From: Euryarchaeota archaeon UBA88
GTDB lineage: Archaea; Thermoplasmatota; Poseidoniia; Poseidoniales; Poseidoniaceae
Assembly: GCA_002499545.1 (NCBI GenBank)
Contig: DAME01000028.1
Coordinates: 5,684 to 69,683 of the forward strand
Length of the DNA stretch: 64,000 nucleotides
Reading direction: 5' to 3'
In this document: positions 25,345 to 35,000 of the stretch, piece by piece
Numbering within the stretch: the stretch's first letter is position 1
How the letters are laid out: each line of letters starts with the position of its first letter
Made by a program: the position numbers and the translations under genes
The notes under the pieces: model-generated
Seen by the model: only the letters and a program-made list of their open reading frames with translations
What the model was told of the DNA's origin: nothing
Database searches by the model: none

Positions 25345-27312
25345 ATGGAAACAGTATTTATCACCTCAACGCTTCTTTTAGCGACACTTTTTCTCGTATC
25401 AAATTACATGGTCCAAGGAATTGGCGGAATGGCTAAACCACTCCGTCAGGTCGGTCTTTTTCTTCTCAATAAAGCACCAGCAGGTCTTATCGACCTGTTC
25501 AGTGACAAGCCTGGAAGCGGTACGAAGACGTGGATGCGCTTCGGAATGGCATGGTTCATTCTCGCAACCATCAGCATGTTTCTTGGCATCTGGCACAGAT
25601 ACGATCCATCTGCTTTGAATTCACTTTCAAGCATTGGATGGGAGTACGACGACGGTTCAATGCTGAGTGACTATACGTCGATCTTCTTTAGCACAGCTCT
25701 CAACTACCTTTTGATTGGAGCAGCTTTAGTCTCTGTCTCTCGCTCATCGAAAGGCCGCCTCGCAAGCGAAGCAAGTGCTTCGATGATTGCAGTGCTCATC
25801 ACTGCTTCGACTGCAGTTGTGCTCATCACCCCTGCAATCTTTTCTTTCCTTACCTTAGAAAACGAGGCCGCACTGCTGGAAACCCTGCGAAATATCTCCC
25901 TGCTCCTGATTGGTTCATTCCTTCACATTGCACTGCTCATCAACGTGTTCATCACGATTGGCGAGCGTGAACACGACACTCTTTCCCCAACAACGTGGTT
26001 TTTGGTCCTCGCTCTTGTGGCAAAGATTGCCTCGATGCATCTGCTCTTCTTTGGGCAATTGCTCGACTCTACGCAGACTGCTTGGATGGCAGAGCGCGTC
26101 CTCACGGGGTGGGTTCCGTTGGCATTGATTTTTGCTGTTGCATACCATGTCATTCCATTCAGTGCAGGAAAACCCGTTTGGTCTGAATCGTTGTTCAAGG
26201 TCAACCTTCTGTTTTTGTTCGTAACGATTCCTCCGTTTTACATGACCTCAGCAGATGCAGGTGAACTCTTGCAGAACCTTGGAGCGATTCTGATGACGAT
26301 GGGACTGCTACCGATTCTCGCTGGTAGTTTCAACATGCTTGCAACCTCTCGCTCCAACGCTGCTTCGATTGTCAAGAGTCCTGGTGCGTTTGCTGCAACC
26401 TGCGCTATGCTATTACTCCCGCTCTTTGCAGTTGGAGGTTTCTTCACTGCAATGGATACCTTTGTTGGCATGGACAAGCTTGGTTCGATGGCTTTCACCG
26501 TTGACTCAGGATTCATGTACACGATTGGTTCCTTGATGATGCTCGCCGCTCTGTTCAGTTCCTATCCACTCGTTGCTGAAAAGCAACTTGCTAAGGCAAG
26601 TAATGCACAACTCGCCGTCTGGTTCACCGTCGTTGCAGGTGTGACTTCGACCATCGCATCCCTCATGGGTGATTTTGTCGAACAATCCGTTACAAGCCTC
26701 GAAATTGAAGACGTGATCGCTCCTTCAGGCGGCTTCTTTTTGGTATCGGCAGCGTTGTTTTATCCAATCGTGCTTGCGAGTATTCTTGCAGCGCTTTCTA
26801 TGATTCATACTGGTCGGCCGAACAACGCTAATGCAGTATCGACTGCTACTCAAAGCGACATTGACTCGTACTCGTTAGTGGAAGGCTCGACGACCATTCG
26901 CACCTTACTCGGTCGCGGCGTTGGAATTGACACCCAACTCCACATTGGGGCTGTCGAAGAAGATGAAGGTGGCTCGATGGTCATCGAAGTCTCCGCTCAG
27001 CTCCACAACGATGAAGTCACTGAGCACCCCGTTCCCGAAGAACTCGTCATGCTCGCAAAGTTCCTGCGCCAGTCCAAGCAGACAGTAGTTGAATTCTTCA
27101 CTTCCATTGACCTTGATAGTTCGGGAGAAATAGATGGATTTGAATTCCAGAAGGCGCTTGCCTCAGCCGAGATTGCGAATCTTCCCCCATGGGAAATGAG
27201 CCGCTTAGTCGAAGCAGTCGACATCGATGGAAACGGTCGAATCAATCTCCCAGAACTCGAAATCAAGCTGATAATCATTGGTAATTCTCTGCCAGAGAAT
27301 GAAGAAGAATGA
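25345..27312 (+). CDS. Polytopic membrane protein (about 12 or more TM helices) with a C-terminal pair of EF-hand Ca2+-binding loops
   Basis: 655 aa. About 500 aa of TM helices are followed by a soluble tail. The tail has two canonical EF loops, DLDSSGEIDGFEF and DIDGNGRINLPEL. Confidence 0.7.
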   Translation: METVFITSTLLLATLFLVSNYMVQGIGGMAKPLRQVGLFLLNKAPAGLIDLFSDKPGSGTKTWMRFGMAWFILATISMFLGIWHRYDPSALNSLSSIGWEYDDGSMLSDYTSIFFSTALNYLLIGAALVSVSRSSKGRLASEASASMIAVLITASTAVVLITPAIFSFLTLENEAALLETLRNISLLLIGSFLHIALLINVFITIGEREHDTLSPTTWFLVLALVAKIASMHLLFFGQLLDSTQTAWMAERVLTGWVPLALIFAVAYHVIPFSAGKPVWSESLFKVNLLFLFVTIPPFYMTSADAGELLQNLGAILMTMGLLPILAGSFNMLATSRSNAASIVKSPGAFAATCAMLLLPLFAVGGFFTAMDTFVGMDKLGSMAFTVDSGFMYTIGSLMMLAALFSSYPLVAEKQLAKASNAQLAVWFTVVAGVTSTIASLMGDFVEQSVTSLEIEDVIAPSGGFFLVSAALFYPIVLASILAALSMIHTGRPNNANAVSTATQSDIDSYSLVEGSTTIRTLLGRGVGIDTQLHIGAVEEDEGGSMVIEVSAQLHNDEVTEHPVPEELVMLAKFLRQSKQTVVEFFTSIDLDSSGEIDGFEFQKALASAEIANLPPWEMSRLVEAVDIDGNGRINLPELEIKLIIIGNSLPENEEE

Positions 27313-27330
27313 GTATGCAGGGTGACGTGC

Positions 27331-28614
27331 ATGCGAGTCGGATTGGTCGGGAAACCGAATGTCGGCAAGTCCACTTTTTTTAGCGCAGCTACCTTGGCAA
27401 AAGTCGACATTGCCAATTACCCATTTTGTACGATTGAACCGAATGTGGGAGTGGCTTTCATTGCTGCACGAGTCCAGTGCCCCTGCAAAGACATCCGTCA
27501 ACGTTTAGAATCCGAGGGTCGGCTTCAACCAGTTGCTGATGATGACGTCCGCAAAGGAAGCTTATGCGAGCCTCGCACTGGTTCATGCGTCGCTCATCGC
27601 CGACTAGTGCCCTGTTTTTTAGTCGATATTGCAGGCTTAGTTCCCGGTGCGAGTGAAGGACGCGGTAGGGGAAACGCCTTCCTTGCAGACTTGGCCAATT
27701 GTGATGCTCTAATTCAGGTGATTGATGCTGCCGGGACCACCGATTTGGAGGGCAATCCTCAGGGGGCTAACCAAAGCAAGGAAGTCGCTCAACAACGAGT
27801 CTTCGAAGAGATTGAGTTTCTCGGTAACGAACTTGATGCGTGGATTGCAGGCCTTCTCAACGAAGGCTGGATACGAGGTGTTCGTCGCGTTCAGGCAGAG
27901 GGTGAGAAAGGCCTCGTATCGTTCATTCATGAGCGATTAACCGGACTGGGTGCTACGAATCAAGCCATCAGTTTGGCTTTTGAAGCGTTCAAATCACAGC
28001 ACTCAGAACTTGCAAGTCCGTGGGATTGGACCGCTGACGTTATTCATTCACTCGCAGTCCATGTTCGAACGGAACTTTTCCCAATTCACATTGCAGCAAA
28101 TAAGTTTGACATCGCCCCGAAAGGGGTCCTTGATGCCGTCACGACCAATGGTCGTTTGATGCCAATAATGGCGGATATGGAATTGGCTTTGCGTCGGGCC
28201 AGTTCTGCTGATTTGATTTCGTATGTTCCTGGTGAGTCTACCTTTGAATATGTGGATAAAAAAGCTCTTTCCGAACCGCAAAGAAAGGCACTTTCTCACA
28301 TGGAAGAGCGGCTCATGAGTGCCAAAGGTACCGGCGTTTCTACACTGATTGACACCGTCTTATTTGATGAATTAGACCACATTGTCGTGTATCCGGTTCA
28401 AGATGAATCTCATTGGACGGACGGAGACGGCAAGGTGCTTCCTGATGCACTTGTCGTCCCTGCAGGGATTCAAGCGAAGGCATTGGCATATAAGGTGCAC
28501 AGTGATTTGGGAGACGGATTTATTCGCGGTGTTGATGGGCGCACTCGAAGAGTGGTTGGCGCCGAGCACGAATTGACGGATGGCGATGTCTTGAAAATAC
28601 ATGCTAAAAGCTGA
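27331..28614 (+). CDS. ychF: Obg-family GTPase/ATPase of the YchF/OLA1 type with a C-terminal TGS domain
   Basis: The G1 motif is GLVGKPNVGKST, followed by ANYPFCTIEPNVG and the G3 region VDIAGLVPGAS. The C-terminal TGS-like segment is ...FIRGV...GDVLKI. I prefer ATG 27331 to the GTG at 27322. Confidence 0.85.
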   Translation: MRVGLVGKPNVGKSTFFSAATLAKVDIANYPFCTIEPNVGVAFIAARVQCPCKDIRQRLESEGRLQPVADDDVRKGSLCEPRTGSCVAHRRLVPCFLVDIAGLVPGASEGRGRGNAFLADLANCDALIQVIDAAGTTDLEGNPQGANQSKEVAQQRVFEEIEFLGNELDAWIAGLLNEGWIRGVRRVQAEGEKGLVSFIHERLTGLGATNQAISLAFEAFKSQHSELASPWDWTADVIHSLAVHVRTELFPIHIAANKFDIAPKGVLDAVTTNGRLMPIMADMELALRRASSADLISYVPGESTFEYVDKKALSEPQRKALSHMEERLMSAKGTGVSTLIDTVLFDELDHIVVYPVQDESHWTDGDGKVLPDALVVPAGIQAKALAYKVHSDLGDGFIRGVDGRTRRVVGAEHELTDGDVLKIHAKS

Positions 28615-29001
28615 TCAGTGGCCTTTGGGTCGATCGTAGGCTGGTGTTAAGCGGGCCATATCACCGGAGTACTGTCCACCTCGATAGATGAACCAAACTG
28701 GTGCGAGTAGGGTGAGTAGAATGAGCAGTCCAAGGAAATACAAACCCCACGGTTTCACGCCGCTAAGAACGATAATCCACAACGTCCACAACAGTGGAAT
28801 ATACATGAAAATGCTGTATCTTCGAGCCATAATCTGAAGCCGGGCGCTGCCCAACGAATCATCGTACATGTTTGCAGCATCTTCTTTAGAAATTATTCCA
28901 GTATCAACAGCGCATCGGACACAGACTTGAGTCATAGGTCCATTTCCATGGACAAATTGTTCTCGCCCATAGGTGCTTGAACAGTGTCGGCATGTTGGCA
29001 T
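28615..29001 (-). CDS. Small zinc-ribbon membrane protein
   Basis: 128 aa. The N-terminus has CRHC...CVRC, followed by 2-3 TM helices (IFMYIPLLWTLWIIVL, LYFLGLLILLTLLAPVWF). Confidence 0.5.
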   Translation of the reverse strand: MPTCRHCSSTYGREQFVHGNGPMTQVCVRCAVDTGIISKEDAANMYDDSLGSARLQIMARRYSIFMYIPLLWTLWIIVLSGVKPWGLYFLGLLILLTLLAPVWFIYRGGQYSGDMARLTPAYDRPKGH

Positions 29002-29038
29002 GTCGCTCCCTCAAACCACCCCAAACACTCACGATTCT

Positions 29039-31270
29039 TCAAGCATCCGCTTGAACTTGTAGAAAGTTCTGCAACAAGTGTAAACCGTCCTTTGAACCGA
29101 TTGACTCAGGATGAAACTGTACGCCATAGACTGGAAGGCTTGGGTGGCGCAGTGCCATTACCGTTTCAGACTCCGCTTCATGCGCTGTTTCAATCAGGAT
29201 TCCATTTGGATTTGACGTGAGGCAAAGAGAGTTGTAGCGCGTGAATGATGCGGGTGATTCAATCGATTGGAACAGATTCTTTTGTGAGTGATGACATGCA
29301 CGAGGTGAGCCGTGAATAGGCCCGTTGGAATCACGCACGAGGTTCATTCCATCAGCCATTCCAATGGCTTGATGGCCCAAACATATGCCGAGCACAGGGG
29401 TGTTGATTTTTCCAGAAACGGCGCATCTTGCGATGGTCATTGTGAGAGGCGAATCTTCGGGAGTGCCGGGCCCTGGACCTAAGATTATGTGGGTTGGTTC
29501 GCATGATTTAAGCAATTCAAGAACTGTCGTATCGTCCCATTGTTGTCCACGTTGCCTTGCCTTGATCACCGTGACATCATGGCCTAGTGCTGCCACTGAA
29601 TGTGCGATGTTGAGCGTGAATGAGTCGAGGTTATCGATGAGAAGTACGCCTGGCTGGGTCATCGCAACCGATTGTTCATATCTGATTGAGCCGTTGTTTT
29701 CTGCCGCAACCGCTAATTCTGGAGTGAGTGAATGCGTCCGAATGTCTCTGGTCGGCACCTTTCGTTCGGTTCCATCAATCCATCCACACGCTCTTCGAAG
29801 AGCCATTGCTTTCCACTTTGCCTCTTCCACTTCATTCGCTGCTTCTGAGCCAATTGTGATGCCGCCACCAGCTGCAATCGCACCTTTCCATCGGCCGTGA
29901 GTCAATGTTGCCTGCAGTGTCCGAATCAGAATATTCCATGAGCATTCTCCCGAATGGACGTCAATCCAACCTGCTGAACCAGTCCAAAAGGAGCGCGGTA
30001 TTTGTTCCAATTCATCGATTGCAGCACACACCACCGTTCTAGGACAACCAGTGATACTCCCTCCTGGAAATACCGCCTGTAATGCATCGACTCCAGTCTG
30101 TTTTCGTTCCAGTGTACCGGTGATTTGTGAAACGAGATGCTGTACGTTGGCGTAGGCTTCTACATCGAACCGTTTGACTTGTACACTGCCTACTTTCGAG
30201 ACGGCACCGATATCGTTTCGCATCAAGTCAACCAGCATCCTGTGCTCGGCTCTTTCTTTTTCATCATCAATCATTTCTTGCCGTAATCGTGCCTCTTCCT
30301 CATCACTCGAACCCCGTGGCCTTGTGCCCTTTATTGGAGCGGTATGCAGCGTTTCTCCATCGCATTTGAGCAGTGTTTCCGGCGACGAACTTGCGAGTGC
30401 AAAACCGAGGTCAAATGCTTCAATATAGGCCGAAAACGGTGCCGGATTGTTCAGTGTCAACCGATGAAACACCGTTCGTGGGTGGTCTGGCAGGTCCCCA
30501 TTCCACCACCTTCCAACATTCAATTGATACAATTGTCCTTCACGAATACTGTTACGAACGGTCTGGATTAATTCGATATGCTGAGCATCATTCAGTGAAC
30601 TTTTTTCTTCATTGGCTGCTGGCGGCGAGGGGACTTTGAGTGGTTCATCATAGTGCAAGTATTGTGAGCATTCTTCCGCCCAAGGGTCGTCACAAAGGGC
30701 AACAGCACTCATTTCATCAGTCTTGATATTGACGACCAGCATTTTATCAATCAGCCACATAATGGTAAGCAACTCATCTTCCTTTGGCGGGTGTTGAAGG
30801 CGTATCGGCTGGGTCCATTGAACCATATCGTAGGCCAGTGCACCGCTCCAAAAAGGTCGCTTTGGCAGCGATTCAACTGGTTGAGGCTGGAAGGTTTCTT
30901 GTGGGGTGAACGGCTTCAGTTTCTCCATTACTTCGTCAAGCGATGAAGCGAAAAGTGAGGTGAGGTGGTACCAACAACCGTGCTTCCATTCTTCGACTAC
31001 TGCGACAAACGGCTCCTTGTTTTTGATAAGTACAATCTCACCTTTCAGCGGGCTGTGCGGTTCTGCCGCGGGATGTGTTGCCCTTTTGGGTTGGCGTACG
31101 AGAACTCGGAGTCGTGCAGGCCCCATCAACATCGAGTATTGAGCAAGATGAGTTGCAGGTCCACCAGAGAGAAGATGGATTTCATCAGGCGCACCGAACC
31201 TTACTGCCTTTGGCCCCAGTAAACCAACATTACGGAGGTGGTTTTGCAATGATAAAAGTCGCAAACTCAT
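29039..31270 (-). CDS. pabAB: Fused aminodeoxychorismate (or anthranilate) synthase: chorismate-binding component I at the N-terminus, glutamine amidotransferase at the C-terminus
   Basis: The component I motifs are ...ASSSPETLL..., PIKGTRPRG and FPGGSITGCPR. The GATase motifs are LLIDNLDSFT, the catalytic GICLGHQAIG and VQFHPESI. The adjacent PabC-like gene favours the ADC synthase call. Confidence 0.8.
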   Translation of the reverse strand: MSLRLLSLQNHLRNVGLLGPKAVRFGAPDEIHLLSGGPATHLAQYSMLMGPARLRVLVRQPKRATHPAAEPHSPLKGEIVLIKNKEPFVAVVEEWKHGCWYHLTSLFASSLDEVMEKLKPFTPQETFQPQPVESLPKRPFWSGALAYDMVQWTQPIRLQHPPKEDELLTIMWLIDKMLVVNIKTDEMSAVALCDDPWAEECSQYLHYDEPLKVPSPPAANEEKSSLNDAQHIELIQTVRNSIREGQLYQLNVGRWWNGDLPDHPRTVFHRLTLNNPAPFSAYIEAFDLGFALASSSPETLLKCDGETLHTAPIKGTRPRGSSDEEEARLRQEMIDDEKERAEHRMLVDLMRNDIGAVSKVGSVQVKRFDVEAYANVQHLVSQITGTLERKQTGVDALQAVFPGGSITGCPRTVVCAAIDELEQIPRSFWTGSAGWIDVHSGECSWNILIRTLQATLTHGRWKGAIAAGGGITIGSEAANEVEEAKWKAMALRRACGWIDGTERKVPTRDIRTHSLTPELAVAAENNGSIRYEQSVAMTQPGVLLIDNLDSFTLNIAHSVAALGHDVTVIKARQRGQQWDDTTVLELLKSCEPTHIILGPGPGTPEDSPLTMTIARCAVSGKINTPVLGICLGHQAIGMADGMNLVRDSNGPIHGSPRACHHSQKNLFQSIESPASFTRYNSLCLTSNPNGILIETAHEAESETVMALRHPSLPVYGVQFHPESIGSKDGLHLLQNFLQVQADA

Positions 31271-31271
31271 G

Positions 31272-32054
31272 TCACGCCTCCAATGAAGTCCACGTTTCTA
31301 TGTCCGCGTAATGCTCAGCCAGAATCGTCCTGCAAAGAGCAGTGAGTGCTGACCCGTGACCCGTATCAACTCCGTCAATACTGATAATTTGGCACACCCC
31401 TATGCCACTTCCAACTGCAACGATTTCCTCAGCGCGTGCCACGAGCCTCTCATTCAATCGACCGTGATGCACGGGTATGCCATGTTTTTCTAATTCAGGA
31501 GATAGAATGGAGAGTGTGATGCTCTCGGTCCCGCCCTCATCGAGCGACGCTATCCATGCTGTTCCATCTTCATCAAGCACGACTGGTGTTGCTCTGTCAG
31601 CATCGACCAGCGCATACTCATGAACTAGAAGTGCGATGTCAGCACCCTTACTTTGCGCTGTGGCCAGTGCATCACTGTACGGCTTCCATGCACCGTGTTT
31701 TGTTCCGTTGATTTTTTTCATCCAACGAGGTGCAGGCTGGGTGATTGCGTCAATGTCCTCATCTCGAATATCGATGCTCCGTGACGATACAGTCACCTTT
31801 CCGCCCGCCGTGCACTGTATGCGCATCAAGCAGTTCGGATTTCGTTCAACCGCTGCATCCTCTGGCTCTGCTGCTAATTGGGACACGTGTTGAGCGACTT
31901 GTTGTTCGAAATCATCCGGCAGTTGAATTCTCAAACGGCTCGAATGGCGCTTCATCCGAGCCAAATGAAGGTTCCAATCTGCGAGAGAGTGTCTGCCATC
32001 CCATGCAGCGGTTGTGAACACTGCATCCCTCGGATTACCGACATCATCGACCAT
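31272..32054 (-). CDS. pabC: Fold-type IV PLP enzyme, aminodeoxychorismate lyase-like
   Basis: 260 aa. The layout is class-IV aminotransferase-like: ...HLARMKRHSSRL..., a Lys-containing segment GTKHGAWKPY, ...GADIALLV... and C-terminal ...EIVAVGSGIGVCQIISIDG. It ends 1 nt before the synthase start, so an operon is likely. Confidence 0.6.
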   Translation of the reverse strand: MVDDVGNPRDAVFTTAAWDGRHSLADWNLHLARMKRHSSRLRIQLPDDFEQQVAQHVSQLAAEPEDAAVERNPNCLMRIQCTAGGKVTVSSRSIDIRDEDIDAITQPAPRWMKKINGTKHGAWKPYSDALATAQSKGADIALLVHEYALVDADRATPVVLDEDGTAWIASLDEGGTESITLSILSPELEKHGIPVHHGRLNERLVARAEEIVAVGSGIGVCQIISIDGVDTGHGSALTALCRTILAEHYADIETWTSLEA

Positions 32055-32063
32055 GAGTACCCC

Positions 32064-35000
32064 TCAAAGCAAGTCATCCAAGAATGATGTATCAATGCTC
32101 GCCTTCGGGAGTTGTGGTGCAGATGAATCGACCAGTTCATTCATCAGGGCATTGTTCTGAACTGGCTGCAAGACGGGCTGTTGCGCTTGATAGGTCGTTC
32201 GACCGTAGATGTCCTGATTGTCAATACGCTGAGCGGCAGCATAAATCTCATCTGCCTGATTCGGGTCAATGACTGGTATTGGTTTGGCGACCGGTGCAGG
32301 AGTTGCGGGAGCATATGCACCCCAATCGTCATCTTGGATTCCCCATGTTGCTTCTTGAAGCTCAAGAGCTTGGTCTCGACTTCGACTTCCGCCCCGAGAG
32401 CGGAAGATGGCGATTAGCAAGAACAGTGCAGTGATCAACAATCCTGCTGCAAGCAGGTTCGGCGTGGTTAGCAGCGATGAGAATTGATTGGTTTCTGACC
32501 CTTCGCCCTCGGCAGGTGTATCTCCGTTCGCTCTGTATGCATCCAACATCATTGGGGACACTTGTTCTTTTTCAAAGAGGTCATCAAATGGCGATACTGC
32601 GACGTACCATGCTGTGGAGTTCACCAAACCTTCGTAGGTATTCGGAGTGATTAAGAACGAATTTGAAGCCTTGATTTCGGCAACTTCGTCGGCTTCTTCA
32701 ACCGAAGAGAATTCTTGGCTGGAAATGTAGACTCTGTAGCCACGCACGCTCGGGTCGTCAGCATGGTTCCATTCAACCAAGATGTTGACTTCTTCATTCC
32801 ACGACAGCGTGACTCCGTCGATGTCGTCAAGATAGCCTCCAAGATCATCAACGCCATCGTCAACTGCCTGAGAAGAGGCGGAGACAAGGTTTGATTCAAG
32901 GGCGTTTCCAGCAGTATCTCGTACAACAACTACAGCCCATATCTCCTGGCCTGCAATGACGGGTGTATCGCCAGCGACCACATCAATCGTGAACGGTAAT
33001 TCTGGCATTCGTGACAGTGTAGCAATTGGAGAGGTTGGCCCCGTACTTCCGATGCCGATGCTGTCGAATGACCATGTTGCGGCATAAATTTCGTAGGCTG
33101 CAACATCACTGGCTTCACTGAGTTCAAAATCGATGAGTAAGGCACTTCCGTCGTCGTTTGGACGGTCGTAGAGGTCCACGCTTTCCAGAATGTTAGGAGC
33201 GGTGGTATCCTGTAAGTTATCGACCGGTATCACCGAAGCCATCGGTAAGTCTGTGAGGTGCACGTTGCCTGCAAGGTCGTGAACGGTGACAACCACGAAC
33301 AATTCAATATCAGGTTGAATAATTCCTGGAACCGCATCAACGATGCTTTCACCACCATACAGCGCAGTCGAGATTGAGAGTTCGATTGGGTTGTAATCTT
33401 CATCAATCCACTGCTTGTTGATTTTCAAGCAAGCGCACGCTCCCTCATCGTCTCCAAACGCTGCCCAAGCAATCGATAGATCAGAGATTGGCTGGTCAGC
33501 AGCCCAAACAATGTAATGCGAGAAATCGTCTGCATCTGAAATAGTCCAGACCACGTCGACCGCAGTTCCATCATCATCGGGGTGGTCAAAAGCTTCCACG
33601 GAACCTACTCGGTCCGGTGTTCCACCGGTTCCAGCAGTATTTCGCAGAGGTGTAACTTCAATCAAGTCGACATCATCGAGGTTTGCATTCAACCAGTCAT
33701 CGTAAGCTACCACGCCGACGTAGTATGTTTGACCGTCTTGGAGTCCAACGCCATCAATGCTGGTTACAGTGGTTGAGGTTTCAGTACAGTCGTCAATGAT
33801 TTTCGCTTGAGAGAACGCATCATCATCGACTGACGTTGTGGTCATTGGGCCATCTGTATCGTCCCATGTTCGCATGAAGATTGTATAGAATGTGCAGTCC
33901 TCAGCAGGATTTTCATCCCATGATACCGTGATTCTTCCCCCTTCATCATCTGGTGTATCAATCGCATCGACGTTTTGCATCTTTGGAGGCGGGGTGTTAT
34001 CGTTCAGCCCACCTGTGGGGACGACGGGGCCAATGATGAGAGGTCGCATCAAGTCTTCTTGCCCAGATTCGTCAACGCAGGTTAGCCCAAGCCAGTACGG
34101 TCGACCAGCATCGAGTGAAAGCACGGTTGTGTTACCGTCCTGGCGAACAACATCTGCTGTTGCAGTGAGTCCGAGAACATCGGTAAGGCTCACCGTGGAG
34201 GCGTACACTCTGGTACTTGCAAGGTCAAGGGATGTACAACGTGCCCATTCGACTTCAAGATCGCCATCAGACCCACCTTCATGTGGGCCGGCATTAGCCC
34301 AAAGCGGTGCCATTGGGACTTCATCAGTCGGTGAAGCAGGCCCTACTACTGCGGAAGGAGTTCCGAGGTGGCCGTCGTCGTATTCGACTACAACGACCGC
34401 ATAGTAATCTTGACCGTCGACAAGCGGAACACCGTTCGCAGTTGTTACTTCGCTGGATAGGCGGCTGTGCAGTGAGACTGCTTTGTCAATGGTTCGTCCT
34501 GCGAGGTCTGCAGCTGTAAGTGGCAATCCAGCCGTGGTCGTGAACGGTCCGTCGTTAACGTACACGAGGTATCGTGCAAAATTGTCATCATGAACGAGGC
34601 TCCAGTTTGCTAACAGCGCACTCCCCCCATCGTCCGGGCGGTCAAGAAGTCCTGTCATTGAAACGGGTGTTTCAGTACGAACATAGTCATACACGAGCCG
34701 CACATGCATTGAACCATTTGACGGAGAGCGAAGCGTCATCTGTAAAAATTGAGTTCCGTTGATAATGACGCCGTTATCGACAGCAAATTGGAGCGATGTT
34801 TCGAAATTCTCAGAGTTGGCTAGTTCAATGGTAGCGTTGTACTTCAGGCTGTTCGATTGTGCCCACGTTGCTGCATTGTTAACAGGTGAAGAGAATGCGA
34901 GAGGTACCGTTTGGAACAGAATTCCGTTGGTTCCGGCAACGCCGAATGCGGGATTTAAGGTGACGACTGAAGAGAGGTTGGCGAGAGATATTTCCATGCC

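Noticed and set aside
29385-29900. 171-aa plus-strand ORF
   Set aside because: It is antisense to the GATase domain of the PabB-PabA fusion, which contains GICLGHQ and FHPES. It is a shadow ORF.
33892-34404. 170-aa plus-strand ORF, plus many 60-130-aa ORFs on both strands between 32084 and 40134
   Set aside because: All lie within the single 8.3-kb minus-strand ORF, whose repeat architecture is internally consistent. None shows a motif.
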